Program-made: the position numbers and the translations under genes | Part shown: piece after piece, positions 11,653 to 23,500 of the stretch | Layout: each line of letters starts with the position of its first letter | Position numbering within the stretch: position 1 is the stretch's first letter | Assembly: GCA_965279035.1 (NCBI GenBank) | Contig: OZ257142.1 | Location: 1,280,001 to 1,344,000 of the forward strand | DNA: 64,000 bases | From: Bacteroidia bacterium | GTDB lineage: Bacteria; Bacteroidota; Bacteroidia; M30B66 | Direction: 5' to 3' | Notes under the pieces: generated by a model | Database searches by the model: none | Told to the model about the DNA's origin: nothing | Seen by the model: the letters and a program-made list of their open reading frames with translations, nothing else

Positions 11653-11799
11653 ATTATTTTCTTTTAAACTTCAAACCGAAATTAAATTAGACTTTGCTTT
11701 AGATTTTTCTAATTTGTTGACAGTCTTTTAATTGAAACTATTTATGCAAGTATATATTTGAAAAAGGAATGTTCAAAATTCCATTTTGAACTTATTAAA

Positions 11800-13665
11800 T
11801 TATTTTTGAGATGGTTTGATCCCTTTGGATTTTGCCATTTCTTCAAGTTTTTGCTGAAAGGAAGAAGCCTTTGCTTTTTTAGGCTTCATCTTATTTTCTT
11901 GGATTTTTGCATGAATCTTTGAATCATCTACAAGTTTTCTGAATGCAAATTGTTGGGCAAATGTGATAATGTTGGCCAAGAAATAATAATAATTCAATCC
12001 AGCTGCATAGCTATTTAATACAAATAAGAATATTACTGGCATCAAATACATCATCCATTTTAATTGTGGCATCATTTGCGAACTGCCAGCTGATAATTGA
12101 TTGTTCATTCTCGTATATATAATAGTAGAAACAGTCATCATCAAAGCAAATAAACTTATATGATTTCCATAGAATGGTATTGTAAATGGTAGATTTACAA
12201 TTGAATCATAAGTTGATAAGTCATCTGCCCATAAAAAACCTTCTTGTCTTAATTCAATTGCATTTGGGAAAAAATTAAATAGAGCAAATAGTATGGGTAT
12301 TTGAAACAACATAGGTAAACATCCTCCCAATGGATTTACACCCGCACTCCTATATAGTTCCATAACTGCTTGCTGCTTCTTAATTGGATCATCTTCCTTA
12401 TATTTCTCATTAAGTTCATCCATTTCTGGTTTAAGAACTCTCATTTTAGCTTGAGACATATATGATTTAAATTGGAAGGCCAAAAGCAAAATTTTAATAT
12501 AGAGTGTAAGTAGTAAAATTACAAGTCCGTAACCAAGGTTAAATTGTCCTAAGAAATTGAATGCTGGTATGACAATTAGTTTATTTACCCAGCCAAAAAT
12601 ACCCCATCCTAATGGAATTTGTTTTTGTAAATCATTTCCAGCTTTTTGCAATGTTGCATAATGCGTTGGTCCAAAATACCATGAGTAATTTAAGCTGTTG
12701 TTAACTTTTGATGAAGTTGAAACATTAAATTTAGCACTCATGTATTTAGTGGTTGAGTCTGATCCTGAGTTTATTGTTTCAATAATAGCACCAGATTGAA
12801 TAGGTTTTTCAGGTATAAAAACTGAAGTGAAAAACTGTTGTTTAAAACCAATCCATTGTAATCCTTTATCAGAAGTATATTTTTCAATTGTAAGCGGGTT
12901 TATTTTATCAACTTCATTCTCTATATTATCATAGTAAATTGTTGTATTATTCCTTTCATTTGAAAGATTTTTTTCTTGCCTAGGGGCTAATTGATTCCAA
13001 TTAATAGTAAGTGATTCATTATTGACAATATTTTCAAAAAAGATTGTGTTATGAACCTTATAATCATTACCAAAAAAGGTGAATTTAAAGTTAACAGATT
13101 CTCCTGTTAAACTTTTTGAAGTCAATATAAAACTGATAGAATCTTTGCCCGAAATGACATAACTACTTTGATTACTATTATTAATGAAAAATAGGTCTGA
13201 AGTAGATAATGTTAAATTTTGATTTCTAAAATCTATAGAAAATAATGAGGAATCTGAACTTAATAATTTGAGTGGTTTATGATCCCAAGTTTTGTATTTC
13301 TTTAATGTGATTTGATCAATAATAGCTCCTTTAGGATTAATATTTACTTGAAACAGGTCTGTTTCTACGGTTATATCTTTCGAATTGTTTGGTAAAGTTG
13401 CATTTGCGAAATTTCCAAAGTTTTGATTTCTTATATTATTTTGAATCGAATCATTTTGTAATGTATCCGATTGAGATTTTATTATGTTGGAATCCTGATT
13501 TTTTTTAATTTCATTTTTTGATTCTACAATTTTAGAAAGACTGTCATTCTTGGATTGTTCAATTTTTGCTTTTTCTAATGCCTCTCTATCCGGCTTATTA
13601 TAAATAGTAAAGCCTATCATGATAGCTCCTATAAGTAATAGTCCGATTATTGAATTCTTATCCAT
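11800..13665 (-). CDS. yidC: Membrane protein insertase YidC
   Basis: MDKNSIIG start, KQQFF, LGWGIFG, GVNPLGGCLP, FLWADDLS, GLNYYY. TATCTTTG box on the minus strand near 13687-13694. Confidence 0.95.
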   Translation of the reverse strand: MDKNSIIGLLLIGAIMIGFTIYNKPDREALEKAKIEQSKNDSLSKIVESKNEIKKNQDSNIIKSQSDTLQNDSIQNNIRNQNFGNFANATLPNNSKDITVETDLFQVNINPKGAIIDQITLKKYKTWDHKPLKLLSSDSSLFSIDFRNQNLTLSTSDLFFINNSNQSSYVISGKDSISFILTSKSLTGESVNFKFTFFGNDYKVHNTIFFENIVNNESLTINWNQLAPRQEKNLSNERNNTTIYYDNIENEVDKINPLTIEKYTSDKGLQWIGFKQQFFTSVFIPEKPIQSGAIIETINSGSDSTTKYMSAKFNVSTSSKVNNSLNYSWYFGPTHYATLQKAGNDLQKQIPLGWGIFGWVNKLIVIPAFNFLGQFNLGYGLVILLLTLYIKILLLAFQFKSYMSQAKMRVLKPEMDELNEKYKEDDPIKKQQAVMELYRSAGVNPLGGCLPMLFQIPILFALFNFFPNAIELRQEGFLWADDLSTYDSIVNLPFTIPFYGNHISLFALMMTVSTIIYTRMNNQLSAGSSQMMPQLKWMMYLMPVIFLFVLNSYAAGLNYYYFLANIITFAQQFAFRKLVDDSKIHAKIQENKMKPKKAKASSFQQKLEEMAKSKGIKPSQK

Positions 13666-13980
13666 GATTTTTTTATTTTGGGAGTGCAAAGATAGAGTTA
13701 TTCACTATTCTCTGTTATGATTCATTTCCTACATTATAATAGACATTCAAATCTTAATCTACTATTTTGTTGATGATCACGTTTTTACATACATTTATGT
13801 AAGAGATCACTTGAAAAAGCATAAATATTTTCAAGAATTAATATGAACTGCTTAATTTATAAGGGGTTTCTAGTGAAATCTTTTTTACCGAAAGATTTTT
13901 TTCTCTGCAAGAATTAGATATTTTTGCTCGGGTTACATAGTGTAATCTTTTTTCAGCCAAATCAAAATCAAAACAATTTT

Positions 13981-14508
13981 ATGAAACAGTGCTTACGCGT
14001 TCAGCTTTTACTGGTTTTCAGTCTAATGCTGATTCCTCTTGCCAGCTTTTCTCAAAGCTCTGCCAAAAGAGGCACCACACCAATCCCTTATCCCAAACTT
14101 AAGTCAACTGGCAATTCTGAGGCGGATATTAAAAATCATGCAAAGGCAGTTGAAGTTTGGAAAGAAATGGAGCGTAAACGATTGGAATATTTGCGTACAA
14201 ATCAACCTGATGCTTCCAATACTTCGTCTAAACCAAGTAAAGAATCTTCAGAACGCATTTTAGCAAAGAATCAAGGAATTGTTTCACAGTCTGAGAATAG
14301 TCATAATCAAAGAGCTTTAACAATTCTTGATCTTCCAGGATATCCTAAATACATTACAACAGGAAATCCTCAACTTGATGAAAAGAATTATCAAATTGCC
14401 AAAGCTAAATGGATGGAAGAACATTCTGACTTGTACAAACAATATGTTCAACAACATTCAGGTCATTCTGGAAAATTAAAACGAACAACAATTCAATCGG
14501 GTAAATAA
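13981..14508 (+). CDS. Secreted basic hypothetical protein with two internal YPK-x3-TGN-x3-D-x-KN-x3-A-x3-W repeats
   Basis: Sec signal peptide after ATG 13981 (...PLASFSQ); TATTTTTG box at 13919; two repeats visible in the translation. Confidence 0.7.
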   Translation: MKQCLRVQLLLVFSLMLIPLASFSQSSAKRGTTPIPYPKLKSTGNSEADIKNHAKAVEVWKEMERKRLEYLRTNQPDASNTSSKPSKESSERILAKNQGIVSQSENSHNQRALTILDLPGYPKYITTGNPQLDEKNYQIAKAKWMEEHSDLYKQYVQQHSGHSGKLKRTTIQSGK

Positions 14509-14550
14509 TTTTCACGGACATACATATATATGTATCAAGAACGAGAGACA

Positions 14551-17500
14551 ATGAAAAAACTATACTCCATTTTTATCACACTGCTTCTTTTGACTTTTGC
14601 GTCAAATAGTTTAAAAGCACAATGTCCTTACGATAATAATTTCTACACTACACTTAGTGCTCCTTCTGTAATAGGTGCTTCTGTTGGTGGCGGAGATTGT
14701 ATCTATGCTGGTGAATATTACAGAATTTCTGGACTTCAGGCTGGAAGTACATATCGAATATCCACTTGTAATACTACTGACGTAGCAGATACTCGTGTTA
14801 CTGTTTATGCCGAAGGTGGTGTAGGTGCTGCATTAACATTTAATGATGATTTTTGTGGACTACTCTCTAGAGTTGATTTTACTCCATCAGTTTCTGGAAA
14901 TTATGATGTACTTGTAGATGCAACTGGTTCAGGTAATACATGCGTTAGTATTAATGAATGTGTAGAATTAACAGTTACACTTATTGGAACTTCTGGATCT
15001 GTTTCATATTGTATTCCTTCTTATACTGTGGGAACTTCAAACGGAGACTTTATAAATGGTGTTAGTCTTGGTTTAATTAATAATCAAAATTCTGGATCAG
15101 CTTCTGGTCCTGCTTATCATGATTATACAAATTTGGCAACGAGTTTAAATTCATCATCTTCATATACTCTTGCAGTAAAAAATAATCCTGATTTCTCTGA
15201 AATTGTTTCTGCATGGATTGATTATAATCAAGATTTTGAATTTTCTGAAGATGAAAGATTAGGTCAAGTTTCCATTGCGGCAAATGGCACTGGAAATATT
15301 AATTTCACAACAGCATCAAATCCATTGGCTGGACCAACTCGTATGCGAGTTAGAATGGTTTTTTCTGTTCCAGTTTCTGGCGGCTCTGTTTCTCCTTGTT
15401 TATCATCTCAATTTGGTGAAACCGAAGACTATACTGTAAATTTCTCATCAGACCCTCCAGGGCCACCTTCAGCATTAACATTTTCAACTGCTTGTGGTTT
15501 ATCCACTTCAATTCAAGACAACGCCTGTCCTAATAATACATTATCAACAGTTACTGTATCTGGCTTAACTAGTTTAGGTACTGGTCATATTTTGACTTCT
15601 GCTGCTATAATTATTGAGCATCCAATGGCTGCTGATCTTGATATTTATCTTGAGTCTCCAACTGGTGAGATTGTAGAATTATCAACTGATAATGGAGGTT
15701 CAGGTTCTGATTACGGACAATATACAATTGGTAATTGTTCGCAAACAGCTAAGTTCATTATGTCTGCTTCTACTCCTGTTTCAGGAAGCAGCGCACCATT
15801 TATTGGGTCATACATTCCAGAAGGAGATTTGAATAATTTTAATGCTGGGGTAAATCCTAATGGATTGTGGAAGCTTCGTGTTTGTGATGATTTTTCTGGT
15901 GACATTGGAACAATTCGATATTTTGAATTGAATTTTGACCTAAATGCAACAGAACCACCTGCATGTGCAGATTCCTACACAATCATTGATGGTTCATCTA
16001 ACGTTGAATTGAATCAAATTCTAAGTTGGACCGCAGGAAGTGGTAATCCAACTTCTTACGATGTATACTTCGGAACAGCAGTTGATGCCTTGGTTCTTGT
16101 TTCTAATAATCAATCGGGAACTAGTTTTGATCCAGGAGCTTATAATCCCAATACAACATATTATTATCAAGTTATTCCATCTAATAATGCTGGGGATGCA
16201 ACTGGATGTCCAGTCGTTTCTTTTACAACTGTTGATGCTGGTGCAACTACTATTCTTCAAAGTAATGGTAGTGTAACAACATGTGCAGGGAATTTCTTTG
16301 ATTCAGGTGGTGTAAATGGAAACTATGATAATAACGAGTTCTCCATGTTAACCATTTATCCTGAAACACCAGGATCAGCAATTGAAGTAGATTTTACATC
16401 TTTTGACTTAGATGCATCATTCGATTTCTTAGCAATTGCAGATGGAATTGATGGAAATGCTCCTGTAATAGGCTTATACTCAGGCAATACATCTCCTGGT
16501 ACTGTTACTGCGACAAATCCTGATGGAGCATTAACTTTCTTATTCTCTTCAGATGATATTGGAACTTTTGATGGTTGGGTTGCAACTGTTAATTGCGTTC
16601 CTCTTCAAGCTTTACCTGAATGTTCTGTCAATAACTTACCTTCAGATGGATCGGTAGATCAATCGATAACTTCTCAACTCTCATGGGATGCTGTTTCTGG
16701 AGCAACAGGATATGATGTATATTTTGGTACTGATGCAAATCCAGTTTTAGTTGCTTCTGGTATTACTGAAATTACCTATGATCCAGGTGTCCTTTTAAAT
16801 CAAACAATCTATTACTATAAGATTGTACCTGTGAATTTAAATGGTTCTGCAGTATCATGTTCGACTTACAGCTTTTCAACTGTAAATGCTCCGGGGAATA
16901 TTATTTTGATGCAAGAAGGAACTGTATCTACTTGTGATGCTCAATTCTTTGATAGCGGAAATAGTACAAGTAATTACAGTAATGATGAAAATACAACTCT
17001 AACTATTAGTCCATCAACTGCCAATAGTGTTGTTGAAGTTGTATTTAATTCATTTGCATCAGAACAGGATTTAGACAACTTGTTAATTTACAATGGTTCT
17101 AATACAAGTGGTACACTACTTCAAACATTAACAGGTACTATTTCTGGGCCTGTCACTGTAACATCAACTTCTTCTGATGGAGCATTAACATTTGTTTTCT
17201 CTTCAGATTTTCAAGTAAATAATGCTGGTTGGGATGCTACAATTTCATGTATCGCTTTACCTGATGCTCCAACTTGCGTTATTCCTAGTTCACCAGTTAA
17301 TTTAGCTAGTGATGTTGCTTTAGATGCTACTTTAAGTTGGACACAAGGTGTAGGAGAAACTCCTGATTCATATGATGTTTACTTTGGAACAGCTTCTGAT
17401 GCTCTAGTATTAGTTTCTGACAACCAAGTTGGTACAAGTTATTCACCAGTTGGATTACTTAATAGTACTACATATTATTGGTCTGTTATTGCTAGTAATG

Positions 17501-20500
17501 CTGGTGGTTCGTCAGCAAATAATCCTTCAGATTGTTTTGTAAATAGTTTTACAACAATTGCTTTACCTACTACTCCTACATGTCCAGTTCTTTCTGGTCC
17601 TGCAGATGCATCAACTAATGTTGCCTTAGATGTAACACTTTCTTGGACTGCCGGTATAGGTGCACCAACAGAATCTTACAATGTATATTTTGGAACAGCA
17701 GCTGATGCACTCGTACAACTTTCCTCTGGTGAAATATTTACAACATATTCACCTTCTTCATTATTAAATAACACTACATACTATTGGTCAATTACTGCAA
17801 CTAATACAGAAGGTACTTCTTCAAATTGTGATGTATACAACTTTACTACATTACCTGTTGTTCTTGAAGCACCATCTTGTGTTGTACCTTCTTCACCAAT
17901 TGATGCTGCAATTGATATAGCAATTGATGCAACCATTTCTTGGAGTGCTGGCTTAGGTGGAGCTCCAGATTCATATGATGTTTATTTCGGAACTGCAGCA
18001 GATGCATTAGTTTTAGTTTCTAATGATCAAGTTGGAACAAGCTATACTCCAACTGGAATGTTAAATGGCACTACCTATTACTGGTCTGTTATCGCAACTA
18101 ATACAGCCGGATCTTCTGCAAATATTCCTGCAGATTGTTTTGTAAATAGTTTCACTACTATCGACCAAGTTAATCCTACAGATATCATTATGCAAAATGG
18201 ATCTGTAACTGCTTGTTCAGGTAACTTCTACGATTCTGGATCTTTGGCAGATAATTATTCAGATGATGAATCTTATGTTTTAACTGTTACTCCTGATGTT
18301 TCTGGAAATTTATTACAAGTAAATTTCACAGCTTTTGATGTTGAGCAAGATTTTGATTCTCTATACGTATACGATGGTAATTCCATAGCGGCTCCATTGA
18401 TTGGAGCTTATTCAGGAACTCTAACTCCTTTTATTGTTACTTCTTCTGCAACTGATGGTTCTTTAACTTTCAAATTTACTTCAGATGCAAGTGCAAATTT
18501 TGCTGGTTGGGAAGCTGAATTGTCTTGTATAGATCCTAATGTTGCTCCTTCTTGTGCAAGTAATTTATCACCTGCAGATTTATCAACAGGAATATTTACT
18601 TCTCCAACATTAACATGGGAAAATGGCGGAGGATTAGTAACAGGTTATGATGTTTATTTTGGAACTGCTTCTGATGCATTAGTTCTTGTTTCTGATAATC
18701 AAACAGGTACTTCATTTGATCCAGGAAGCTTAGATCTGAACACTACATATTACTGGCAAATTATTCCAAGTAATGGTAGTTTAGCTGCAAGTGGATGTTC
18801 AATTAATTCTTTTACAACTTCTGCAGTTCTTCAAGTATTAATGAGTAATGCTACTGTTACAACTTGTGAAGCAGAATTTTATGATTCAGGGGCAGCTGAT
18901 AATGATTATTCTCTTGAAGAATATTCATTAATTACTTTCTTACCTGAAACTCCTAATAATGCTATTCAGGTTACTTTCAATTCATTCGATTTAGAGCAAA
19001 GTACTTTTACAGGAACTATATACGATTCTTTAATTGTATATAATGGTCCAGATGCAACCTATCCAATCATTGGTGTTTACTCTGGAACTACTATTCCTGG
19101 ACCATTTGTTTCCTCAGATCCTTCAGGAGCTCTTTCATTCCATTTCTCCTCAGATGTTTCTGTAACTAGAGCTGGTTGGGATGCAAATGTTATTTGTATT
19201 TCTACTACTGATGCACCTTCATGTGCAACTAATTTTGCACCAAGTGATTTGTCTACCGATGTTTCTGTTGCTCCAGAATTAACATGGACAAGTGGTGGAG
19301 GTATTGTTACCGGATATGATGTTTATTTTGGTACTGCTTCTGATGCTTTAGTGCTAGTTTCTTCCGCTCAAACTGCGACTTCGTTTAGTCCAGGTGCTTT
19401 AGAATTAAATACTACCTATTACTGGCAAGTTGTTCCTGCAAATGGTGCTTTAAGTGCAACTGATTGTTCTGTAAATTCATTCACTACAGAAGCTGTAGCA
19501 AATATTATTATGCAGAATAATTCACTTACAGTATGTAATGCTAATTTCTTCGATTCTGGAAATTCTACAAGTGACTATACTTCTGGAGAAAACTTCACAC
19601 TTTCATTATTGCCAGCTACACCAGGAAATGTACTGGAAGTTATCTTCTCTGAATTTGATCTTGAACAAAGTACTTTTGATGGAACTATTTATGATTCTCT
19701 CATTGTTTATGATGGACCAGATGCAACATTTCCTGTAATTGGTGTTTATTCTGGAACAACAATACCAGGTCCTTTTGTTTCGACCGATGCTTCTGGTGCT
19801 TTAACGTTCCATTTTTCTTCTGATATATCTGTTACTCATGCTGGTTGGGTTGCTTCTGTTAATTGTATTGACCCTGAAGGATTACCTAATTGCGCTGAAA
19901 ACTTTAGTCCAGCAGATGCTGCTACTGATGTTTTGGTTACTTCGACTTCACTGTCATGGACATCTGGAGGAGGTAATGTAACTGGATACGATGTTTATTT
20001 TGGAACAGACATTAGTTCACTTCCAATAGTATCTCCAAATCAAGCAGGTACAACATATTCATTGGGTACCCTTGATTTGAACACAACATATTACTGGCAA
20101 ATTGTTCCAATCAATGCGAATGGCTCTGCAACAGGTTGTTCAATTAATTCATTTACAACATCTCCAAATCTTGATGTGTTAATGACTACTGCAACAATAA
20201 CAACGTGTGCTGCTAATTTCTTTGACTCGGGAGGACCTGATAATGACTATCAAAATGGAGAAAGCTCTTTAATTACTTTCATCCCTGAAACTCCTAACAG
20301 TGCAATTCAAGTTACGTTTAATACATTCGATATTGAACAAAGTACTTTCAGTAGTACGATTTACGATTCGTTAATTGTTTATAATGGACCTGATGCTACT
20401 TATCCTATTATTGGAGTTTATTCAGGTACTACTATTCCAGGTCCTTTTGTTTCATCAGATCCATCTGGAGCCCTTTCTTTCTATTTTTCTTCTGATATAT

Positions 20501-23500
20501 CAGTTGCACATTTTGGATGGGATGCCGATGTAGCTTGTATTTCTACTCAAGATGTTCCTACATGTGCGACCAATTTATCACCTGCTGATTTAGCAACTGA
20601 TGTTTCATTTATATCTCAATTATCATGGACTGCACCTTCAGGAGTAGTAACAGGATATGATGTGTATTTTGGAACTGCATCTGATGCACTAGTTTTAGTT
20701 TCGAATGATCAAGTTGGAACTTCATATGATCCAGGTGCACTTGAATTAAATACAACTTACTATTGGCAAATAATTCCTGTAAATACAGCAGGAGAAGCAG
20801 TAGGTTGTTCTGTTCAAAGTTTTACAACTTCTCCTAATGCAGATTTTGTAATTTTTAATGGTGAAACCACTATTTGCGATGCGAATTTGTTTGATACTGG
20901 TGGTTCTGCTGGTGATTATCAATTGAATGAGGATTTTACACTAACAATTTATCCTTCTACTCCTGGAGCTTTAATTCAATTGGACTTTAATGCTTTTGAT
21001 ATTGAAGATGGTTGGGATTTCTTAGATGTTTATTATGGAAATTCGGCTACTGGAACTGCTGCATTTAATTTGACTGGAAATGTATTACCAGCTCAAATTA
21101 TATCTACTGCTACAGATGGAAGCATTACTTTACATTTCACATCTGATGATATAAATGTGGGGCCAGGATTTGACATTTCTATTTCTTGTTTTGTTCCTAC
21201 TTCTGTACCAGAGTGTGTAACTAATCCTTCACCTGCTGATGCAGCGATTGGTTCAGCTATAAATACTTCAATCTCTTGGACGGCTGCCACTGGTTTCCCA
21301 ACTGGATATGATGTTTATTTTGGTACAGACCCAAGTGCTCTTGTTTTAGTTTCTGATAATCAAACTGGAACATCCTATACTCCAAGTGGGTTATTGGCTG
21401 GAACTACTTACTACTGGCAAATAGTACCTTATAATGATCAAGGTTCTTCAGTAGGTTGTTCGGTGTACTCATTTACTACTGGGCAAGAAGAAAATGTGAA
21501 TATGTTTACAGGTACTGTAACTACATGTGCTGCTAATTTCTATGATTCTGGTGGACCTGCTGCAGCATATCAAAATGGAGAAAATTCATTATTGACTTTC
21601 CTTCCAGCTACACCTAACAATGCAATTAAAGTCACCTTTAATTCATTTGATATTGAACAAGGATTTGGTTTCTATGACTCACTAATTGTTTATAACGGAC
21701 CTGATGCAACTTTCCCTGTTCTTGGTATTTTCTCTGGTTTGAATATCCCTGGTCCATTTGTTTCTACTGATCCTTCTGGAGCTTTATCATTCCATTTCTC
21801 TTCAGATATTTCTGTTACACATGTTGGATGGGATGCTGATGTGATTTGTGTTAGCACTACTGAAATCCCAGGATGTGTTATAAATCCTTCACCTGCTGAT
21901 GCTGCTACTGATGTTAATGCTGCTTCTGCTCCATTAATTTGGTATTCAAGTACTGGTATAGCTACTGGATATGATGTTTATTTTGGAACTGATCCAAGTG
22001 CTTTAGCATTAATATCTGCTGGTCAATCTGGAACTTCATTTGATCCAGGTCAATTGGATTTAAATACTACATACTATTGGCAAATCATTCCTTCAAATTT
22101 GATTGGTTCTGCTTCTGATTGTCAAGTGTTCTCATTTACAACTGGCGGTTCAATAGATGTATTGATGTCGAATGCTACAATAACAACATGTGCTGCTAAT
22201 TTCTATGATTCTGGTGGTTCCGCAGGTACATATCAAAATAATGAGAGTTCTTTAATTACTTTCATACCTGCAACAGCAAATAATGCAATTCAAGTAATTT
22301 TTACTGAATTTAATCTTGAACAGAGTACATTCAATAATTTCATATTCGATTCATTGATTGTATACAACGGACCAGATGCGACTTATCCAGTAATTGGAAT
22401 TTATTCTGGAACAACTATTCCAGGACCTTTTGTTTCTTCAGATCCTTCAGGAGCAATATCATTCCATTTCTCATCTGATGTTTCAGTGACTAGATTAGGT
22501 TGGGCTGCTACTGTAAATTGTATAGATGCAAGTCTTCCACCTTCTTGCGCTACAATTTCTACAGGTCCTGCAGATGGATCTACTGATATTTGTGTGAATG
22601 AAGCTGTATTCACTTGGGCTAGTGGTCCTGGTGCTCCTGCAACTTCATATGATGTTTATTTTGACTTTGGTAGTGGATTAATCTTAGTTTCTGATGATCA
22701 AACAGCTAGTTCATTTGACCCAGGTATTTTAGATACGAATACTACGTATTCTATTCAAATCATTCCTTCAAATGCTAATGGATCAGCTGTTGGATGTTTA
22801 CCAATAACCTTTACAACAGGTACTTGCCTTCACTATTGCGATGCTGGAGCAACAACATGTGATGAGTTTATTGCCAATGTTGAATTAGGTAATATCAACA
22901 ATGCTACTGATTGTACTCCTGGAGGTTATAATGATTATACTGCTTTATCAGCTGATTTATATGTAGGAACTTCATCACCTATCACAATCACAAATGGTTC
23001 AACACAATGGACTGGTGATCAGTGTGGTGTTTGGATTGACTGGAACCATGATGGAGATTTTGGGGACGCCAATGAAACCATTACTGTAACAGGTACTCCA
23101 GGTACTGGACCATATACAGCTTCAATAACACCTCCGGTTGATGCATTTATTGGTTCAACTACAATGCGTGTTAGAATTACTTTTACAGGTCTTGTTGATC
23201 CATGTGGAATAGCTGGTTTTGGTGAAGTAGAGGATTATACAATAAACGTTTTACCTGCATTAACTTGTCCTTTCCCTAATAACATTTTAACATCAGAAAC
23301 TACAACAACTTCTACTGTTGTTACTTGGGATGCTGTTACAGATGTGCTTGAGTACCAAATTCGTTACAGATTAGCTTCTGAACCAACTACAGTTGCTACT
23401 TGGTCAACTCCATTGGTTGTTCCTGCACCATTAACTTTCACATTCTTGGAAAACTTAACAGCATGTGAAGATTACATCATTCAAATTGGAAGTGTTTGTG

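Noticed and set aside
13778-13805. Possible dif site (TTATGTAA resembles a XerD arm)
   Set aside because: Arm spacing is wrong (4 nt between CATA and TATG; dif has CATAA-N6-TTATG) and the left arm does not fit. Kept only as a palindrome.
15955-22830. Recurring nucleotide blocks as a CRISPR array or diversity-generating retroelement
   Set aside because: The repeats are in-frame protein modules hundreds of nt apart with synonymous divergence. No cas or reverse transcriptase genes, and no adenine-specific template/variable pair seen.
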